Source: Octopus sinensis
Lineage: Eukaryota
DNA: 12,933 bases
Assembly: GCF_006345805.1 (NCBI RefSeq)
Contig: NW_021826198.1
Span: 1 to 12,933 of the forward strand
Reading direction: 5' to 3'
Shown here piece by piece: positions 8,391 through 12,933 of this stretch (positions are counted from its first letter, which is position 1; the number at the start of each line of letters is the position of its first letter). A program made the translations under genes and the position numbers. The notes beneath the pieces were generated by a model. It worked only from the letters and a program-made list of their open reading frames with translations. It was not told the DNA's origin and searched no databases.

Positions 8391-8441
8391 GCTCAGCATT
8401 TCGCCCAGCGTGCTAATGATTCTGCCAGCTCGTCGCTTTAG
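8391..8441 (-). mobile_element. Single SINE A 5' head (A-box region) capping the array
   Basis: The minus strand reads TAAAGCGACGAGCTGGCAGAATCATTAGCACGCTGGGCGAAATGCTGAGC and then GGTATTT. It shows CpG-type transitions relative to the copy at 1141-1191. Confidence 0.92.
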
Positions 8442-8760
8442 GTAATACTATTGATAATAGTAGCAGTAGTGTTACTAAACAATAAGTAACGTGGTAGGGG
8501 TGGTGGCGATGGCGGGGATGCTAGCAGAATGAAGAAATAGTAGTAGTTGTTGTAGTAGTCGTGGTGGTGGTGGCGTTGGTGGCGGTGACGATAGTAATGA
8601 GAGTGGTGGTGGTAGTAATAGCAACCATCACTATGGCAATACTGGTGGTGGTGACTATAGTGGTGGTGGCGGTGGTGGTGGTGGCCGATGTGGTAATTGG
8701 TGGCTAATGATGGTGGGAACGTCGGTAGTGGTGGTTGCGGTAGAGGAGGTGGTACCGGAG
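8442..8760. repeat. Degenerate (GTG/GTA)n trinucleotide mosaic
   Basis: Read directly; same G/T-rich polarity as 4400-5160 and 5770-6680. Confidence 0.85.
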
Positions 8761-9170
8761 TTTTTCGCTTTCGCGTTTCATAATAACCATAAATCCTGTC
8801 CCTGGTTTCTGGCGTATCTTTAATAAAAACTGACAAGATTTATGAATGCCGAACCGTCTCCCATAATGGAATAACACCTTATTATCTCCTCGTATCATTT
8901 ATAAAATCTTTAGTTGTGTTTATAATTATGACAAGTCTCAGGGTTAAAACAAAACAGAAACAAAAAGGCAACAAAAAAATGAAAGAAAACAAAATAAAAG
9001 CAAATACAGAAAAAACAACAATTCATCCATCAAAGAACAAACGACTGAAGAATAGGCGAAACGAAAAACAACAAAACAAGGGGAACAGATCGTTTAGCTA
9101 TCGAGGCTTATCCGACCGAGGGGTTTCGTTTTATTTGGGAAACAGCAACAACATCTACAAAAACTTTATA

Positions 9171-9190
9171 GAGCGAGCGAGCGAGCGAGC
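9171..9190. repeat. (GAGC)5
   Basis: Read directly from the sequence. Confidence 0.9.
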
Positions 9191-9396
9191 TTCTATTCGT
9201 GGTTTGGGAAGAGTTTACAGCTCTCCAAAAGTTAAACGTTTTGGCTTGCCCCATCCTTTCTCTCTCCATTTCTCTATTCTGTAACAAAAAAGAATTTCTA
9301 AGCGTGCAATCGACATCCCGACAACGTCCACAGATTACGGCCACCCACATTCCGATCATCCATTCTACTACTACTACTACTTCGCCCAAAACATTA

Positions 9397-9610
9397 AGAT
9401 ATATATATATGTGTGGATGTATACACACACATACACACATATCTGCATATATATTTGCGCACGTGTGTTTGTATGTATATATTCATATGTGTGTGTATTT
9501 GTCTATCTATCTATCTATCTATGCATATGTCTGTATGTGTGTGTATACATACATTCATAGATTGATAGATAGATACATACATACGTATATATATATATGT
9601 ATACATATAT

Positions 9611-9693
<83 letters not shown>

Positions 9694-9846
9694 CAAACAT
9701 ACACATATATAGACATGCATACACACACACACACATATATACATATATACATATAAACATTAATGCACATGTGTATATATGTGTGTATGTGTGTATGTTT
9801 TGTGTCTGTGCGTGCGTGTGTGTTTCTGTGAGCATTTGTGTGTGTA
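9397..9846. repeat. Compound microsatellite (TA/CA/TG/TATC/TACA)n
   Basis: Read directly; source of the YI/VC-rich pseudo-ORFs. Confidence 0.95.
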
Positions 9847-10064
9847 CCTTCAAGGCAATAAAAACCAGAGTGAGGGTCAACCCCACATCTGACAAACATA
9901 TAACACAGGGCCACATGTAATCAGGGCTAAGCTGGACCTATCCAACAGCAAAAAGTTCTATATCTTATATCCATGCAGAGACCCTCGTAAGTTAAGGGAC
10001 GTATTATGTTCACTACAACATGAAATACTGATTTTGTGATTTGATTGCAACTGCTACTTACTAC

Positions 10065-10193
10065 GCCTCTATGCGAGCGCCAACAAATCTGCTAGAAATA
10101 GTAACCAAATTCTTTCATATATTCTAAATAAAGTGAAGTCTAGAATGCATTTAATCCTGGGCCTGTCTGATCAGAAATGACCGTGAGTTAAAC
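10065..10193. repeat. Possible degraded copy of an interspersed cephalopod repeat (cctct...ctgctagaaatag...)
   Basis: Recalled resemblance only. There is no second copy in the window, so a library search is needed. Confidence 0.3.
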
Positions 10194-10194
10194 A

Positions 10195-10320
10195 CCCCCA
10201 CCACCACTACCAATAATACCATCCAACTACTCACGTGCTATAGGTCTATTCCATCTTGAGTAAAGCTAAGCAACAACAGCAACAATAACAGTAACAAGAG
10301 CAATAACACAAGGGAGCATA
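10195..10320. repeat. Short (CAC/CAA/CTA)-rich low-complexity stretch
   Basis: Read directly from the sequence. Confidence 0.6.
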
Positions 10321-10387
10321 CCGAAGAGACTGAAAGACAGAAGCTCCATAGCATCCATGGAGCCAAAATCCATAATATAAATAAGTA

Positions 10388-10744
10388 ACGTGGTTCCGGG
10401 TTCAATCCCACTGCGTGGCACCTTGGGAAAGTGTCTTCCACTCTAGCCTCGAGGCGACCAAAGCCTTGTGAGTGGATTTAGTACACGGAAACTGAAAGAA
10501 GCCCGTCGTATATATATATATAATGTATGTATGTATGTGTGTGTATACGTTTGTGTCTGTGTTTGTCCCCGCAACATCGCTCGGCAACCGTGTGTTTACG
10601 TCCCCGTAACTTAGTGGTTCGGCATAAGAGACCAATAGAATAAGTACTAGGCTTACAATGAATAAGTCCTGGTGTCGATTTGCTTGACTAAAGGCGGTAC
10701 TCCAGCATGGCCACAGTCAAATGACTGAAACAAGTAAAAGAGAG
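10388..10744 (+). mobile_element. SINE family B, near full length (A box missing)
   Basis: B box GGTTCAATCCC at 10399-10409, then body, internal (TA)/(TATG) tract and the tail ...gactgaaacaagtaaaagag. Matches 1290-1500 and the reverse complement of 3624-4000. Confidence 0.93.
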
Positions 10745-11142
10745 TGTGGTCTTTAACTAGTGATACGAAGGTTTTATATCTTGACGTTTACGTAGAATCA
10801 ACTGAGTTGTTAGAGCGTTACACAAAATACTTCGAGTTCTTTTTTTCCAGCTCTTTAGGTCCAGAGTTCGAAACGGGAGTGCAGGGATCAAAGGGGCGAC
10901 CAAGTTTCTTCGCGGTTACACGGGTTCCTAAAACACCAGTGAAAGTATAGTTCGCGCTGCTTCCATGTCATACTTGATTATACGTGACAGCCGGGTTAAC
11001 ACCTTTATTCATTGCAATTAGTGTTTGAAATTGAACACTTCACGTTTGAAATTGCTCCTCTGCCTGATTGGTGGATTCATTTGAGCTCTAGACATATCTT
11101 TTGTTTATGCTTATCCATCTTGCATGTGGGGGAAGCCAAAAA

Positions 11143-11312
11143 CGAAACTTGTCGAGGGCAGCATTCTCTTTGATCCTTCCAGAGTCGATAAATAAGGGAC
11201 CCGTCGAAGCTGATTGGTTAGCTAGCGTCGGTCAAGAAATCTTGCTGTATTTATTCCGGATCTTTGCGTTTTGAGTTCGTATCCTGCCGTGGTAGGCTTT
11301 GGTGATCCACTT
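11143..11312 (+). mobile_element. Two adjacent, very old family A remnants (core fragment followed by head-to-B-box fragment)
   Basis: ctttgatccttccagagtcgataaataagggacc resembles ctttcatcctttcggggtcgataaattaagtacc. ttagc...gtattt...gcgttttgagttcgtatcctgccgtggtaggcttt resembles ttagc...gtattt...acgttctgagttcaaattccgccgaggtcgacttt. Confidence 0.55.
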
Positions 11313-12244
11313 AAACCATCGCTCAGTTTAACACTATAAACTGGCCCTTGGTTGCGTTTAGCTGAGCATTCTATGTTGCATGCTTTTGGATCAGGGTTTC
11401 TAGTTTGATGATATCTTCCTTCTTCCCTCACATGTCTCGGAGGCTCTATAACGGTTCATCAACATTGATTAATCTTCAAAAACGCAAATTAGATTTCATG
11501 AGTGATTAAATAAAGACGGTATTTTATGTGAATAGTTCAGAGAAGGAGATACCGTGCATTAAATATATTTCATGGCCTTTGAAAGCGACGGTAGCAAGGT
11601 GGTGATTATTCCCATAGTAGAGATCATGGTTCGAATGCATGTAACTCCGCTAAAGGCAACTAAACTACAAAACCAAGAAGACAAATTATTTGTAGATTTT
11701 ATATGAAATCTAAAGATACGTTCTGTTGTACATTATAGCAATATAAATGAAATGAAATTCTATAAAAAGTCTATGAATTTATTGTTCGATTTTGATGCCA
11801 AGGAAAAGTGTTAAATATGCCAAAGCGTTTACCTAGTTCTTTTTAACCCCTAATATTAGTGGATTTATAAGCAGAGTGTTCGTGGATAATTATCGATAGT
11901 ATATACTTATTGATGACGATTTCGACAATAACTGAAATATACGTATTGCTCACTCTTTCTCCGCATTGTTTATTATTCTTCGTAATTGTATAAAATATGA
12001 AACAATTATGATAAAATATTGCGTAACAAGTAATATGCAATTTATATTGATCTTGCATATTTCAATAGAATTAAATAGTAACGGATGATATGTGTATTAA
12101 GCCTTATATAGATTGCTATTGTATATTTTTGTGTCATTTATTGCAATAATACGATTTATATGTAATAAAAATGCTAATCCACCATTCATTTTTAATAGCT
12201 CTTCTTAATCTTTTTCCTTCCGTGGAATTTCCAGGGGTCCCCTA

Positions 12245-12467
12245 GCATGTATGTATGTATGTATGTATGTATGTATTATGTTGTATGTATGTATGTATGT
12301 ATGTATGCATGTGTGCGTATGTATGTATGTGTGTGTGTGTCTATGTATATATGTAGGTAGGTATATATATGTATGTGTATATGTTTGTATATATGTATGT
12401 GAATATATATATATGTGCGTATGTATGAATATATGTATATATATATGTATGTATCTATGTATATGTT

Positions 12468-12507
<40 letters not shown>

Positions 12508-12556
12508 CGTGTATGTGTATGTACATGTATATGTATATATGAATACATACATGCAT
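12245..12556. repeat. Compound (TATG)n/(TA)n/(TG)n microsatellite
   Basis: Read directly from the sequence. Confidence 0.96.
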
Positions 12557-12735
12557 ACCTTCGAAACGTGGGGTAGGTAAAACAGGGGACAACTGATGAA
12601 GGGATTGTTCTTTGTGTTGCCTGTCTCGTTTCTCTATTTGCTTCCTTCGTTGTCCGAAAAAAAGTTCGTTTTCCATGTTTTTGTTTTTTTATGTTCTCGT
12701 TTTTCGTTTTGTTCGCGTCTTTTTGACGTCCTCTG

Positions 12736-12933
12736 TGCCATATATGCATGCATATACATGCATATACTATATATATATATATATCTATATATATATTATA
12801 ACGAATATATATATATCATGTGTGTATATACATATATAAGTAGGTATGTACATATATGTATATATATGCATATATATACATATTAATTATTTTATTATAC
12901 AACACACAAACACACACATAGATATATCGCTTG
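12736..12933. repeat. Degenerate (TA)n/(CA)n microsatellite
   Basis: Read directly from the sequence. Confidence 0.92.

Noticed and set aside
9035-9140. Hammerhead ribozyme (CTGAAGA 9045-9051, GAAAC 9058-9062, possible stem III with 9124-9129)
   Set aside because: Stem II (ataggc) cannot pair, stem I is mismatched, and the A-rich context makes a chance match likely.
9108-9920. YI/VC-rich ORFs here and at 1139-1369 and 12205-12886
   Set aside because: They are stop-free translations of dinucleotide and tetranucleotide microsatellites.
9909-9986. 78-nt coding exon ([26 protein letters not shown]) ending at a GTAAGT donor
   Set aside because: The acceptor lacks a polypyrimidine tract, the better upstream acceptor (9854) gives stops in all frames, and I recognise no homology.
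10851-10950. Exon after the strong acceptor ttttttccag, with a collagen-like GVQGSKGRP peptide
   Set aside because: There are only three Gly-X-Y triplets, no convincing donor and no supporting exons.

Overview
This window is repeat-dense eukaryotic non-coding DNA (intergenic or intronic). It is most likely from an Octopus genome; I infer this from recalled similarity of the SINEs to octopus tRNA-derived SINE families and did not verify it by search. I can support no intact protein-coding gene. The long ORFs in the track are translations of microsatellites, trinucleotide tracts or SINEs. Contents: (1) about 12 copies or fragments of four tRNA-headed SINE families, labelled A-D here; (2) large di-, tri- and tetranucleotide tracts; (3) a probable heavily decayed piggyBac transposase relic at about 2410-2945; (4) a 1.6-kb head-to-tail array at 6788-8390 of about 8.7 near-identical 184-bp units derived from SINE A. 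The array is the most notable structure. Its unit equals the segment between two GGTATTT microhomologies seen in a solo copy at 5161-5321. It sits between the head and the tail of what looks like an older SINE of a different subfamily, bounded by a degraded candidate TSD. Families A and B also share a GTCGA-N5-TCGAC hairpin module with a fixed stem and a variable loop.
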